From NCBI GenBank assembly GCA_029060985.1, contig JAIDSX010000064.1, positions 1,838 to 65,837 of the forward strand: a DNA stretch of 64,000 nucleotides, written 5' to 3'. The notes under the pieces were generated by a model that saw nothing but the letters and a program-made list of their open reading frames with translations, searched no databases and had not been told where the DNA came from. Shown here in pieces: positions 8,494-18,519 of this stretch. A program made the translations under genes and the position numbers. Numbering within the stretch: position 1 is the first letter of the stretch; every line of letters begins with the position of its first letter. Source of the DNA: Clostridia bacterium. GTDB lineage: Bacteria; Bacillota; Clostridia; Christensenellales; Borkfalkiaceae.

Positions 8494-9324
8494 TTATTTC
8501 AATTCTTGAAGAACTTCTCCGATATCCCGATCGATACAGACGGAGCGCTCTTTGATCTGCGGCGGACAATCCGCCTCGCCCAAGTTGATACAGGCGTAGG
8601 TTGCGTCTTCGTTTTTCATAGTCAGCCGCCAGAACGGATACTTGACGATCGCGGGCGTATTGCCCCCTACGCCGAGTTCCAAAAACAAAACGCGCTTACC
8701 CCTACTTTCGTTTATAAACCTTTCGTAGCGGGCGCACGCCGAATGCCAGCCCTCGTCCTCGACGAAGGTATCGTCGCAACGCAAGTTCATCGTCATGGGC
8801 TTTTTGCAAACGGGACAGCGCGGAACGAGCGAAGAAGGAATTTTCATATCCCTTTGCTCTTCGACCATGCGGCGCACGGTTTCTTCGTTGTCGTAGGTCT
8901 TATTGTGGCAGGGAACGGAGCACTGAAAAAGTCCGTAGTCGCCCTGCGTATAAAAGAGCCGCTCTTTATCGAATCCCGCTTTCTGAAAACAGTGGTCAAC
9001 GTTCGTCGTCAGAACGAAATAGTCTTTATCCTTTACGAGCTTCAAAAGGTTTTCATAGACGGGCTTGGGCGCTTCTATATAGCGGTTGATCAAAATATCT
9101 CTCGACCAAAAAGCCCAAAGCTCCTCGGGCGAGGAATAGGGATAAAATCCGCCCGTATACATATCGTGAAAGCCGTACTTTTCTTCAAAGTCGGAAAAGT
9201 ACTTTCGAAACCTCTCCCCCGAATAGGTATACCCCGCCGAAGCCGAAAGCCCCGCTCCCGCGCCGACGACGACCGCCTCCGCATTGTCAAGCGCCGTTTT
9301 CAGTTTTTCCGTTTGCTTATCCAA
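8494..9324 (-). CDS. SIR2-family NAD-dependent protein deacylase / possible ADP-ribosyltransferase (divergent sirtuin)
   Basis: 276 aa. GAGAGLSASAG Rossmann motif, TTNVDHCF, YTQGDYG, and Zn-ribbon cysteines (CSVPCH ... CPVCKK). TTG start directly abuts the cupin stop (TAATTG). Confidence 0.75.
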   Translation of the reverse strand: MDKQTEKLKTALDNAEAVVVGAGAGLSASAGYTYSGERFRKYFSDFEEKYGFHDMYTGGFYPYSSPEELWAFWSRDILINRYIEAPKPVYENLLKLVKDKDYFVLTTNVDHCFQKAGFDKERLFYTQGDYGLFQCSVPCHNKTYDNEETVRRMVEEQRDMKIPSSLVPRCPVCKKPMTMNLRCDDTFVEDEGWHSACARYERFINESRGKRVLFLELGVGGNTPAIVKYPFWRLTMKNEDATYACINLGEADCPPQIKERSVCIDRDIGEVLQELK

Positions 9325-9675
9325 TTAAACCACCGCGTCGGTCATCGTATAGCCTTCAAGCGAATTTGCCTTCACTTGAATACATACGTACTTGATCCCT
9401 GCATTCTGGGAAGCGAAAAACTGCCGCTTCGCCGCGGGGGAAACGCGCACCCAATCGCCCGCCTTCAACGCAACTTCTTCACCGTCAATGACCGCGTACC
9501 CCTCTCCTTCGAGAACGGCGTAAATCTCCTCGTTCTTTTTGTGCGAATGAACAAAGGGAACGCTTGCGCCTGCGGGAAGCGCGTTGATGCTTACCTCCGC
9601 CCCCGTCAATCCCAATGCGTCGTGCAGCTCCGTGCGGGGCTCGTTGTTGATACTGATTTTGTTGTAATTTTTCAT
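9325..9675 (-). CDS. Cupin-domain protein
   Basis: 116 aa from ATG 9675 (MKNYNKISI...), preceded by AAGGAGG. Motifs FVHSHKKNEEIYAVLEGEG and GDWVRVSP match the cupin beta-barrel. Confidence 0.75.
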   Translation of the reverse strand: MKNYNKISINNEPRTELHDALGLTGAEVSINALPAGASVPFVHSHKKNEEIYAVLEGEGYAVIDGEEVALKAGDWVRVSPAAKRQFFASQNAGIKYVCIQVKANSLEGYTMTDAVV

Positions 9676-9843
9676 AATACAACCTCCTTGTTTTTTCGTG
9701 TCTTTACTATAACACCGCCGCAAACGGATTGCAAGAACGTTACATTTTAATTATCAGATAATAGATTTGTTACTAAGTTTCTTTTTTGAACTATTGACTT
9801 TTCGAACAGACTCTGCTACAATATAAAAAAGGAGAAACGCGCT

Positions 9844-10170
9844 ATGCTGACGAAGGAAGAATTACCCGAATGCCCCGTGGCTACCACCGTACAGCTCATC
9901 GGAAACAAGTGGAAGCTGCTCATTTTAAGAAATCTCATATATAACGACAGCCAACGCTTTACCGACTTTATAAAGTCCATTCCCGCCATCAGCAAGAAGG
10001 TTTTAACGGATAATTTGAGAGCGTTGGAGGAGGACGGACTTGTAAGCCGCGAGGTGTTCGCCGAAGTGCCGCCGCGCGTGGAGTATTCGCTCACCGCGCT
10101 CGGCAAAACCTTAAAACCCGTTCTCGACGCCATGATGGATTGGGGAACGGATTATAAAAAGAATTTATAA
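9844..10170 (+). CDS. HxlR-family winged-helix transcriptional regulator
   Basis: 108 aa. CPVATTVQLIGNKWKLLILRNL and PPRVEYSLT motifs. Divergent from the cupin-SIR2 operon. TTGACT-17-TACAAT promoter upstream. Confidence 0.9.
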   Translation: MLTKEELPECPVATTVQLIGNKWKLLILRNLIYNDSQRFTDFIKSIPAISKKVLTDNLRALEEDGLVSREVFAEVPPRVEYSLTALGKTLKPVLDAMMDWGTDYKKNL

Positions 10171-10201
10171 AAAAGAGCCGCATAAAACGCGGCTCTTTTT
10201 T
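10171..10201. terminator. Bidirectional terminator
   Basis: aaaagagccgcataaaacgcggctctttttt. Confidence 0.8.
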
Positions 10202-10212
10202 AATTTGATAAT

Positions 10213-10953
10213 TTACTGCCAATCGCAGACGTTGACCCACTGCGCAAGGAATTCCATTTCCTCGGGCTTGTTCTTGACCGACTGCGAAGCCGCAACGATC
10301 GGCATGATCCTCTGCACGTATTGAAGCGCGGTATCCGTCTTTTCGCAGAAGAGCTTCAAATACTTTTCCGCGATTTCGTCCTTCTTCTGCAATTTGAAGA
10401 TGAGGTACGTTCTTGCGGCGTCCGCAGAGCCGTTACCCTGCGTTGCGTGCGACCAGTCGATAATGTAGGGCGTGCCGTCCTTCGTGATGATGACGTTGCT
10501 GGGCTGGAAGTCGCCGTGGCAAAGCTTCTTGTGGCGGGGCAGTCCGTCGAGCCGCACGTGCAGATCGTAACGCACCGTCGCGGGGAAGGAGCTTGCCGAA
10601 ATCTTCGCGTGCATTTTGTCGCGCAGATGTCCCAAAAGCGGAACGCGCTCTTTGCTCATTTTGATTTGCAGGTCCACGAAGAAATTGAGGTACTCGTCCT
10701 CTTTTTCGGGGTGCTTCTTCATGAGCTCTTCGAGCGTGTCGCCCTCGATATATTCCCATACGAGCGACCACTTCCCGTCGATGACGGAAACGCTGAGCAC
10801 CTTGGGAATGTTGAGCGAGGTTTCCTCTACGCGCGCCTGGTTGAGCGCCTCGTTGAGAACGCCCGCTTTGGAATAGGACTCGTCGAACGACTTGATGAGC
10901 TTGTCGCCGTCACGATAGAGCTTTTTTCCGATACTTGTGTGAATGAGTTGCAT
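10213..10953 (-). CDS. Aminoglycoside/choline-kinase-type phosphotransferase family protein
   Basis: 246 aa. Catalytic-loop motif LCHGDFQPSNVII followed by YIIDWS, typical of the APH/ChoK kinase fold. Confidence 0.75.
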   Translation of the reverse strand: MQLIHTSIGKKLYRDGDKLIKSFDESYSKAGVLNEALNQARVEETSLNIPKVLSVSVIDGKWSLVWEYIEGDTLEELMKKHPEKEDEYLNFFVDLQIKMSKERVPLLGHLRDKMHAKISASSFPATVRYDLHVRLDGLPRHKKLCHGDFQPSNVIITKDGTPYIIDWSHATQGNGSADAARTYLIFKLQKKDEIAEKYLKLFCEKTDTALQYVQRIMPIVAASQSVKNKPEEMEFLAQWVNVCDWQ

Positions 10954-11142
10954 ATAATTTTCCTCCTATACCGCGGGTAACTATCCCGCAAAGAATATTC
11001 GCCCACATTATAACTTAAAAAATGCGTTCTGTAAATACCTTTTGTGAAAAATTTTTACATGATTTTGACGGATTCAGGGTTTTCCGCATCCCCCGCAGAC
11101 AATCTATTTGCAAAAATCGTTTATTTATGTTATTATTTGAGT

Positions 11143-11940
11143 ATGGAAGAAAATACCGATTTGCGCTTATTGACAAAGCGCCTTAAAATTTTCAAATGCC
11201 TCACGATCGTCTTTTGTATTCTCGCGCCGCTATCCCTTCTCGGCGTAGGATTAAAATTTCCGTACAGCTATATTTTCGTAACTTTATGCGGTCTGCTTTT
11301 TATCGCCGCCGTTACATTTGCCGTTTTGATGCGAAAGACGATGGTCAAAATCGAAAAAACCGTGACGTATTTGCGCGCTTACCGGGATCACCTGGTGGCG
11401 AATAATAACGCCATCCTCGGATATCTTTCCGCCACGTACGTAAACGTAAACTGCAAAGAGTGCGGAGAGCTAAATCAAGTCACTTTCGTGAGAGAAAATC
11501 TTGTCTTTTCGGCGGAAGGCAAATTTTGCATAAAAAAAGACTTCAAGGGTATCGAAGGAAATTGCCTCGCTTTTCAAATACGCGGAACAAAAATGATTTC
11601 CTCCCCTGAAAATTATGACGACGTACTCGATCACGAAAGCAATCTATTTACGTTAAACGTGGGCTATTTTGAAGACCGCCCCTTCACCGACGAAGAGAAC
11701 GATACGGGTTTAACGTTGCCCGAAGGACACTTTACGGATTTTATAATCCCCTTTTCTTCTAACAACGGCTACGTCTGCAATCTGGACACGGAAGAAAGCG
11801 ACGAGATCGACCGCGGCGAACTTTTCATTTCGGAAATGACCGAGGACAGCCTTACGGTAAGTTTCAAATGTATGGTCGGATACGGTGCGGCGGAAGTGAT
11901 TTGCGGTAAAGTAAAACTTACGCGCGACAGTGAGGATTGA
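11143..11940 (+). CDS. Hypothetical membrane protein (two N-terminal TM helices plus a soluble domain)
   Basis: 265 aa from ATG 11143 (MEENTDLRLL...). No family recognised. Visibly AT-richer than its neighbours. TTGCAA-17-TATTAT upstream. Confidence 0.55.
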   Translation: MEENTDLRLLTKRLKIFKCLTIVFCILAPLSLLGVGLKFPYSYIFVTLCGLLFIAAVTFAVLMRKTMVKIEKTVTYLRAYRDHLVANNNAILGYLSATYVNVNCKECGELNQVTFVRENLVFSAEGKFCIKKDFKGIEGNCLAFQIRGTKMISSPENYDDVLDHESNLFTLNVGYFEDRPFTDEENDTGLTLPEGHFTDFIIPFSSNNGYVCNLDTEESDEIDRGELFISEMTEDSLTVSFKCMVGYGAAEVICGKVKLTRDSED

Positions 11941-11961
11941 ATCAATTTATCATGAACAAGC

Positions 11962-11996
11962 AAAAAGCTCTTGGAAAAATGTCCAAGAGCTTTTTT
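11962..11996. terminator. Bidirectional terminator
   Basis: aaaaagctcttggaaaaatgtccaagagctttttt. Confidence 0.8.
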
Positions 11997-12012
11997 ATTA
12001 AAAGTACAGTGT

Positions 12013-12912
12013 TTATTTTTCCCCGTCCTCTAAAACAAGTTTCAAACAGTCGAGTTTATTACGGAGCTCTTCGAGGCGGGCGCCGTCCTCGGTCGAGGAG
12101 AGCCTTGCGTTCCTCTTACAGAGCTTATTCGCGCCTAAAAATTTCAAGAAGAACACGAGCGTAATGACGAACGCCAAGAGGGTAAGCCCGCCGAACACGC
12201 CCGTTAAAATAACGGGGAGCGATGAGAGCGTATGCACGATGAACGACGCGCTCACTACGGTTGCGATCATAAACGCGCCCAAAACCGCCAAGAACGCCAA
12301 AAGGCGCACGGCGTAATATCTTCTGTTCGCCGCGAACGCCTGCTGCCGCTCTTCCTGTTTTGCAAGCACTTCGGGCGCAAGTTCTGCTTCCTCTTTTTCA
12401 AGCTCTTCGCGTTCTTTTAAGAGGAGCTTACTCATCTTCTCGCGCACGAACTGTTTCGATTCGTCGTCCGCGGCGGAAAACTCCTCGGCATAGTCCCCGT
12501 GATAGAAGGGCTCCGTCGTTTTGAAATTTTTCGTCCGCGCCGTCCAAAGTCCCTTCGTTGCGCGCCCTTCCTCAAACGCGTAGCAAGCCGCCTGCGCAAA
12601 GAGGGACTCCGCCTTTTCGTAAGCCCCGCCCGCAAGCTCTTCCTCCGCCGACGCAAGGATTTTTTCGCACTCGGCTCTTGCCTCCTCTTCCGCCTTTTGA
12701 CGGCGCGCCAGCTCTCTCGCAAGCTCGGAGGGCGTAAGCCCGACTAAGTCTTCGTCGTACTCCTCGTCCTCGGGAAGCGTGACGAGCACCTCCTCTTCTA
12801 CGTTCTCCTCTTCGCCCTCGGCAAGGGTCGCATCCTCGGCGTCCACGCCCTCCGCCTTCTTTTTAATGCGGATGAGCCGTTCGTCCTCTTTGTCGATGAG
12901 TCTCTCTTCCAT
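12013..12912 (-). CDS. Hypothetical protein: acidic N-terminus, coiled-coil-like middle, two C-terminal TM helices
   Basis: 299 aa. Starts 1 nt after the ispE stop, so it is probably co-transcribed. E/K/A-rich. No family recognised. Confidence 0.6.
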   Translation of the reverse strand: MEERLIDKEDERLIRIKKKAEGVDAEDATLAEGEEENVEEEVLVTLPEDEEYDEDLVGLTPSELARELARRQKAEEEARAECEKILASAEEELAGGAYEKAESLFAQAACYAFEEGRATKGLWTARTKNFKTTEPFYHGDYAEEFSAADDESKQFVREKMSKLLLKEREELEKEEAELAPEVLAKQEERQQAFAANRRYYAVRLLAFLAVLGAFMIATVVSASFIVHTLSSLPVILTGVFGGLTLLAFVITLVFFLKFLGANKLCKRNARLSSTEDGARLEELRNKLDCLKLVLEDGEK

Positions 12913-12913
12913 G

Positions 12914-13828
12914 TCAATCTCCTTCTATCGAATAGGGATTCGAATATTTTCTCTTTTTCTCTGCGGGATAGACCGCGTCCACGATGTAGCTGCGGAACTT
13001 GCCCTTGTACCTGCTCTTTGCCCACTCGCACAGCTCGCGCATTTCGAAGAGGGCGAACGCCGCGCTCCCCGAACCCGTCATGCTTGCACCCAGGGGCGAA
13101 AAACTTTTGAGGATCATGACCGCCTCTCCCACGTCGGGATTTAATGACTTCGCGCTCTCGAATAAATCGTTTCCGAAGAGCCGCGCCGCCTCGCCTACGC
13201 CCATGCCGCGGTAGGCTTCCAAGCAACGCTCCGTGCGCCCCGCCTTGTCCGTTCGGGGCAGTTCGTCAAAGGTTTGATAACACTCCGCCGTGGAGACGCC
13301 GCTCTTGGGACAGAGCAGTAAAAAGTGCATATCGGGCGAATCGGAGAAAAACTCCACCTCGTCCCCCCTGCCGCGCATTCGGGCAAGCCCGCCGCGGAGC
13401 ATATAGCCCGTATCGCTGCCGAGCCCGTCCGCAATCGCTTTGAGCCTTGCAAAGTCCGAAATTTGATAGAGCCGCGCAAGCGCGTTGAGAACGCCCGCCG
13501 CGTCCGCAGAAGAGCCGCCCAAGCCCGCGCCCATGGGGATATTCTTATATACGGTAATATTCGCGCCCTGCGTTCCGAATTCTTCCACAAACCGCTCGCC
13601 CGCGCGAACGGCGTGATTCTCTTCGGGGAAGAGCTTATCGCTCCCCATGCCGTGCATGGTGACGTCAATTAAATGATCCTTGCGCTTTTTCGCAACGATT
13701 TTATCGTACAAGCCCGCCGTCACGACGAGGGAATCGAGCGTGTGATAATTTCCCTCCTTCCCCGTGATATCGAGGGTGAGATTGAGCTTTGCATAGGATA
13801 AAACCTTAACCGTATCCATATTAGACAT
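12914..13828 (-). CDS. ispE: 4-diphosphocytidyl-2-C-methyl-D-erythritol kinase
   Basis: GHMP-kinase motif IPMGAGLGGSSADAA and the N-terminus KVLSYAKLNLTLDITGK. Start chosen at the internal ATG (MSNMDTV); the track ORF extends to 13903. Confidence 0.9.
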   Translation of the reverse strand: MSNMDTVKVLSYAKLNLTLDITGKEGNYHTLDSLVVTAGLYDKIVAKKRKDHLIDVTMHGMGSDKLFPEENHAVRAGERFVEEFGTQGANITVYKNIPMGAGLGGSSADAAGVLNALARLYQISDFARLKAIADGLGSDTGYMLRGGLARMRGRGDEVEFFSDSPDMHFLLLCPKSGVSTAECYQTFDELPRTDKAGRTERCLEAYRGMGVGEAARLFGNDLFESAKSLNPDVGEAVMILKSFSPLGASMTGSGSAAFALFEMRELCEWAKSRYKGKFRSYIVDAVYPAEKKRKYSNPYSIEGD

Positions 13829-13852
13829 TGTAACACATTTCCATTCCGATTG

Positions 13853-13890
13853 CAAGAAAAAAAGCCCCGTCCGCGTTCGGACGGGGCTTT
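13853..13890 (-). terminator. Terminator after the DUF3794/LysM gene
   Basis: Minus strand: aaagccccgtccgaacgcggacggggcttttttt. Confidence 0.7.
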
Positions 13891-13896
13891 GAGCGT

Positions 13897-15381
13897 TTAG
13901 CAACCCAACGCTTTCTTTCTGTAAATGACGACGCGCTGACCCTCTTTTACGGGGAATTCCAAATCGGGATTGTTCTCCGCGACCTCTTCGGGGGACTTCT
14001 TTAAGGACTTAGAAAGCTCCCAAAGACCGTCGCCCGCCGCGGGAATGAACACGCTCACCGCGCAGTCGGACACGGGCACTTCCGCGCCTTCCTCCGCGCC
14101 GCTCACGAATCTTGCGCGCACCGTTCTGTGCTCCTTGAAGCTGATCTTCAAGGTCGCTTCCGCGTCGATCTCCCCTTCCTGACGTTGACGCGCGTTCATG
14201 GAGCAGACGAGAACGGACACGTCCGCGTTCTCCACGTCCGCCGCGACGGAGAAGGGCAGGCTGATTTCCATGCCTCTCACGCCGCCCTCCGCGCTCTTTA
14301 CGATGAGCGTTGCAAGCGCGACGCCCTCGACCCGCATACCGTCTTCCGTGCTTACGAGGTTTGCTTCGGCACGTTGCAGGGTAAGTGCAAGCAGGGTATC
14401 GGAGAAGTCCACCGTGGAGGAGAGTGCGGCTTTGCCCGACACGCGCTCCGTAAAAGCGTGCGCCTCACCCGCGCCCGAGGTCTCCACTTCGTTATAAGTC
14501 AAAGTCAGATCGTGCGTGCGGGAGAACGCGTCCGTGACGACGGGGAGCTCCGTCTCCTCGTACACGCACCCCTCTGCGCCGAGCGTAAGCTCCGCGGTGA
14601 TCTTGCACTTCTGTTTATCCTCGTCCGCGTCCGCTTTGAGCGCGACGTCGAGAACGGATACGCGAAGCTCCGCGTTTCTGCCGGGGAACGCCTCTTCGCA
14701 GGGAATTTCGAAATTGAAGGGCACGAGCCGTTCGAAGGAGACGAGGGAATCGTCGCCTTTGAGCGCAAGGATACAGAGGTTGATTTCACCCTCGGCGCGG
14801 AGCGTGCCCGCCGAAAGAGTAATTTCTGTTGCGCCTACCGTTTCGGAGTGCAGGAGAATATCGCCGATAAATTCCGTTTCGAATTCGTCCTCCGTCTCCG
14901 TAGTGCCGCCCACGAGCCGCGCCGAAATCACGGGCGCGTCTTCGCGCTTTACGATGATGTCCCCGCCCGCGAGATAGTCGAAGCTCTTTTCGCCGTACAG
15001 GGAAATGTCCGCGCCGATGAGCGCAGTCGCGTAGGTGCTTGCGCCCTCGCGCCGCGTGGAGAGATTTTCGAGCGAAAGGCTGGCGCGCGCCGTAAGCGCG
15101 GGATAGCACCCCTCGTTCTCCGCACGGGCGGAAAATTCGATTCCCTTTTCCGCACGGCAGATCCTCTTTTCGGAATCCTCATAGACGATCAGGAAGTATG
15201 CTTTGCCGTAGTAGCGGACTTCCCCGTCCGAGACCTCCGCGCCCGTTAAGATAACGCGCGCTTCGGAAGCGATAATGGATTCCACTTCCGCTCCGAATTT
15301 GCACTCCACCGCCGTTTGGTGCGTGAGCGTTAAGATTTTGCCGTACCCGCGATAGGTGGCGGTTTCCGTATTCAATGCCAT
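13897..15381 (-). CDS. SipL/SpoVID-like spore morphogenesis protein (DUF3794/SPOCS repeats plus C-terminal LysM)
   Basis: 494 aa. The C-terminal GDGLWELSKSLKKSPEEVAENNPDLEFPVKEGQRVVIY is a LysM domain. The veg - LysM protein - ispE order matches clostridial loci as I recall them. Confidence 0.6.
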   Translation of the reverse strand: MALNTETATYRGYGKILTLTHQTAVECKFGAEVESIIASEARVILTGAEVSDGEVRYYGKAYFLIVYEDSEKRICRAEKGIEFSARAENEGCYPALTARASLSLENLSTRREGASTYATALIGADISLYGEKSFDYLAGGDIIVKREDAPVISARLVGGTTETEDEFETEFIGDILLHSETVGATEITLSAGTLRAEGEINLCILALKGDDSLVSFERLVPFNFEIPCEEAFPGRNAELRVSVLDVALKADADEDKQKCKITAELTLGAEGCVYEETELPVVTDAFSRTHDLTLTYNEVETSGAGEAHAFTERVSGKAALSSTVDFSDTLLALTLQRAEANLVSTEDGMRVEGVALATLIVKSAEGGVRGMEISLPFSVAADVENADVSVLVCSMNARQRQEGEIDAEATLKISFKEHRTVRARFVSGAEEGAEVPVSDCAVSVFIPAAGDGLWELSKSLKKSPEEVAENNPDLEFPVKEGQRVVIYRKKALGC

Positions 15382-15502
15382 AGTTTTTTCTCCTCTATTT
15401 CGTTTCCCTTCATTCTATGACCTTGAAAGCCCCGTTATGCGTTTTTTCTGCTTCTTTTATAAAACAGTTTTTGACGGAATTTATCGAAAACTATTTTTAT
15501 AA

Positions 15503-15528
15503 GAAAAACGCCCCCGCAAGGGGGCGTT
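15503..15528 (-). terminator. Terminator after veg
   Basis: Minus strand: aacgcccccttgcgggggcgtttttctt. Confidence 0.75.
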
Positions 15529-15538
15529 CGATATGAAG

Positions 15539-15787
15539 TTATTCTGCTTTTCGCGGCTTTACGCGCACGCTTCCGCACAGCACTTCCGCATAGGAATAGG
15601 AGGTCTTTCCCAAAAATCCCTTGTCGTCGGGGCGGACGGTGAACAGAGACGGATACACGCCCGAAAGCTCCCCCGTATATTTGAGGATCTTGTTTCTGCC
15701 GAGGTTGACGACCACGTCTACCTGTTGGTTGAAATAATCTGCAATCTTTTTTTTGACGGTTGCAATGTCGTTTTTCTGCTTTATCAT
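15539..15787 (-). CDS. veg: Veg protein (biofilm/sporulation-associated small DNA-binding protein)
   Basis: 82 aa. The motifs GRNKILKYTGELSGVYPSLFTV and SYSYAEVLCG are characteristic of Veg. Confidence 0.9.
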   Translation of the reverse strand: MIKQKNDIATVKKKIADYFNQQVDVVVNLGRNKILKYTGELSGVYPSLFTVRPDDKGFLGKTSYSYAEVLCGSVRVKPRKAE

Positions 15788-15836
15788 GGACTAATCATTG
15801 ACAAAGCACGCGGATTTTATACCTTTTATTGCATAA

Positions 15837-15866
15837 GAAAAGTGCGGCTACCGCCGCACTTTTTTC
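15837..15866. terminator. Terminator after gyrA
   Basis: aaaagtgcggctaccgccgcactttttt. Confidence 0.75.
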
Positions 15867-15875
15867 GTAAATAAA

Positions 15876-18506
15876 TTATTCTTCGTCGCTACCCTCGGAA
15901 GTTTCCGCTTCTTCCACTTCTTCTTCCGCTCCGCTTTCAACGGTCGTTTCCGTTTCGTCCTCCTCCGTATCGGGAGCTTCTACGGGAACGTCCGCCGCGG
16001 TCTCTTCGGGAACTTCGACTTCCGCTTCCTCGTCGCGCTCGGTAATAGCCACCGTAGCCACCTTGCCGCCGCGCAACCTCATGAGCCTTACGCCGCGCGT
16101 GTTGCGCCCTATCTTCGAAATACTGTCGCCGTGCATACGAATGACGATACCGTTGTCCGAAACCATCATGACGTCGTTGTCGTCGTTGACGAGCTTCATG
16201 TTGACGAGCTTGCCCGTAACCGAGTTGAACACGCCCGCCTTGATTCCCTTACCGCCTCTGCCTTGGATTCTGTAATCCTCGGGATCGGTACGCTTGCCGT
16301 AGCCGTTCTCGGATACCGTAAGAATATCGCAACCCTCTTTCACGACGAGCATATCCACGACCTCGTCGCCCTTACTAAGCCTTATCGCCTTCACGCCCAT
16401 CGTGTCTCTGCCCATTGCGCGGACGTCGGATTCCTTAAAGTGAATGCACTTGCCCTGCCGCGAAGCCACGATAATGCTGTCTTTTTTCACGCAGGGCTGC
16501 ACGGAGATGAGCTCGTCTCTCGGATTGATCTTGATTGCGATTTTTCCACTCTTCAAAATGCGGTGGAATTCGCGCATCGCCGTCTTCTTGATGAGCCCCT
16601 TCTTGGTCGCCATGACGAGGAAGCCCGTGCCCTTTTCGCTCATGGGAAGCGCCGCCGCGATCTTCTCGCGCGCGTCGAGCTGAACGATATTGACGATCGC
16701 TCTGCCCCGCGCCGTGCGGTTAGCTTCGGGAATCTCGTAGCCCTTGATGGAGTACACCTTACCGAAGTTGGAGAACAGGAGCACGTTGTCGTGCGTGGAG
16801 CAAATGAACATCTGCTCGACGAAGTCGTCCTCTTTGGGACGGTGTCCCGTAATGCCCACGCCGCCGCGGTTTTGCGCTCTGTATTCCACGACGGGGAAAC
16901 GCTTGATATAGCCGCCCTCCGTCATGGAGATGACGACGTCCTCTTCGTCGATCAAGTCCTCGTCGTCGATATTGCCGACGTCTACGGAAATCTCCGACTT
17001 TCTGTCGGACGGGTACTTCGCCTTGATCGTGATAAGGTCGTTTTTGATAATGTCATAAACGCGCTTTTCGTGCGCCAAAATATCCTTGTAGTCCTTGATG
17101 AGTGCGCGGAGCGCTTTCAATTCGTCGCGAAGCTTCTCAACTTCCAAAGAGGTGAGACGGGAGAGCTTCATTTCAAGAATGGCGTTCGCCTGCTTTTCGC
17201 TAAGCTCGAAGCTACCCGTCAGCTTTTGAATGGCGTCGTTCTTGTCGCGCGACTCCTTAATGATTTTAATGACCTCGTCGATATTCGCAAGCGCAAGCAC
17301 CAGGCCTTCGATAATGTGCGCGCGCTCCTCCGTCTTGTTGAGGTCGTACCGCGTTCTGCGGGTGATGACTTCCTTTTGGTGATTGAGGTATTGTTCGAGA
17401 ATTTCACGAAGATTGAGCACCTTGGGCTCGGTGCCGTTCTCCACGAGCGCCAAGAGGATGATACCGTCCGAAATCTGCAAGTTGGTATGCTTGTACAGCG
17501 TGTTCAAAACGACCTGCGCGTTCGCGTCCTTCTTGCACTCGATAACGATTCTAAGACCCTCTCTGCCCGATTCTTCGCGGATATCAGAAATGCCCTCTAA
17601 CCGCTTATCGCGCACCATGTTTGCGATCGTTTCGATGAGCTGCGCCTTGTTGACCTGATAGGGAAGCTCGGTGACCACGATACGGCTGCGTGTATTGCCG
17701 CCCGTGCCGTGCTCTTCGATCTCGCACTTGGAGCGGATAATGATATTGCCCTGTCCCGTGCGGTACGCCTTGCGGATTCCCGCTCTGCCCATGATAATGC
17801 CGCCCGTAGGGAAGTCGGGTGCGGGAATAAAGTTCATTAAATCCTCGATCGAAATATCGGGATTGTCGATCATGGCGATCGTGCCGTCAATCACCTCCGC
17901 AAGGTTGTGCGGGGGAATGTTCGTCGCCATACCGACCGCGATACCGTCCGAGCCGTTTACTAAAAGGTTGGGGAAACGCGCCGTCAGGACCGCGGGCTCC
18001 ATTTCGTTGCCGTCGAAGTTGGGGTAGAAGTCTACCGTCTCTTTATCGAGGTCTTTGAGCATTTCCGCGGCGAGCTTAGAAAGTCTTGCCTCGGTATAAC
18101 GCATTGCCGCAGGGGGATCGCCGTCCACCGAGCCGAAGTTTCCGTGCCCGTCCACGAGCGGGAAGTTGATGGAGAAGTCCTGCGCCAATCTTACGAGCGC
18201 GTCGTACACCGAAGAGTCGCCGTGCGGGTGATATTTACCCAAAACGTCACCGACGATTCTCGCGCACTTACGGTACGCCTTGTCGTTGTACAGTCCCATT
18301 TCGTGCATCGAGTAAAGAATACGTCTGTGCACGGGCTTTAAGCCGTCCCTTACGTCGGGAATGGCGCGCGACTTGTTGACCGCCATTGCATAGGCAATGA
18401 AGGAGCGTTTCAGCTCGTCGTCCACCTCGACGTCGAGGATCTTCGTCATTTCAAGCGTTTTCTTAAATTCTTCTGTGAGCTCGGGGCTCGTTTCTCTTTT
18501 CGCCAT
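15876..18506 (-). CDS. gyrA: DNA gyrase subunit A, with an acidic C-terminal tail
   Basis: 876 aa. [18 protein letters not shown] and [20 protein letters not shown] motifs, and beta-pinwheel CTD repeats. The last ~55 aa are E/D/T-rich. Confidence 0.97.
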   Translation of the reverse strand: MAKRETSPELTEEFKKTLEMTKILDVEVDDELKRSFIAYAMAVNKSRAIPDVRDGLKPVHRRILYSMHEMGLYNDKAYRKCARIVGDVLGKYHPHGDSSVYDALVRLAQDFSINFPLVDGHGNFGSVDGDPPAAMRYTEARLSKLAAEMLKDLDKETVDFYPNFDGNEMEPAVLTARFPNLLVNGSDGIAVGMATNIPPHNLAEVIDGTIAMIDNPDISIEDLMNFIPAPDFPTGGIIMGRAGIRKAYRTGQGNIIIRSKCEIEEHGTGGNTRSRIVVTELPYQVNKAQLIETIANMVRDKRLEGISDIREESGREGLRIVIECKKDANAQVVLNTLYKHTNLQISDGIILLALVENGTEPKVLNLREILEQYLNHQKEVITRRTRYDLNKTEERAHIIEGLVLALANIDEVIKIIKESRDKNDAIQKLTGSFELSEKQANAILEMKLSRLTSLEVEKLRDELKALRALIKDYKDILAHEKRVYDIIKNDLITIKAKYPSDRKSEISVDVGNIDDEDLIDEEDVVISMTEGGYIKRFPVVEYRAQNRGGVGITGHRPKEDDFVEQMFICSTHDNVLLFSNFGKVYSIKGYEIPEANRTARGRAIVNIVQLDAREKIAAALPMSEKGTGFLVMATKKGLIKKTAMREFHRILKSGKIAIKINPRDELISVQPCVKKDSIIVASRQGKCIHFKESDVRAMGRDTMGVKAIRLSKGDEVVDMLVVKEGCDILTVSENGYGKRTDPEDYRIQGRGGKGIKAGVFNSVTGKLVNMKLVNDDNDVMMVSDNGIVIRMHGDSISKIGRNTRGVRLMRLRGGKVATVAITERDEEAEVEVPEETAADVPVEAPDTEEDETETTVESGAEEEVEEAETSEGSDEE

Positions 18507-18519
18507 GATCTATCTCCTC

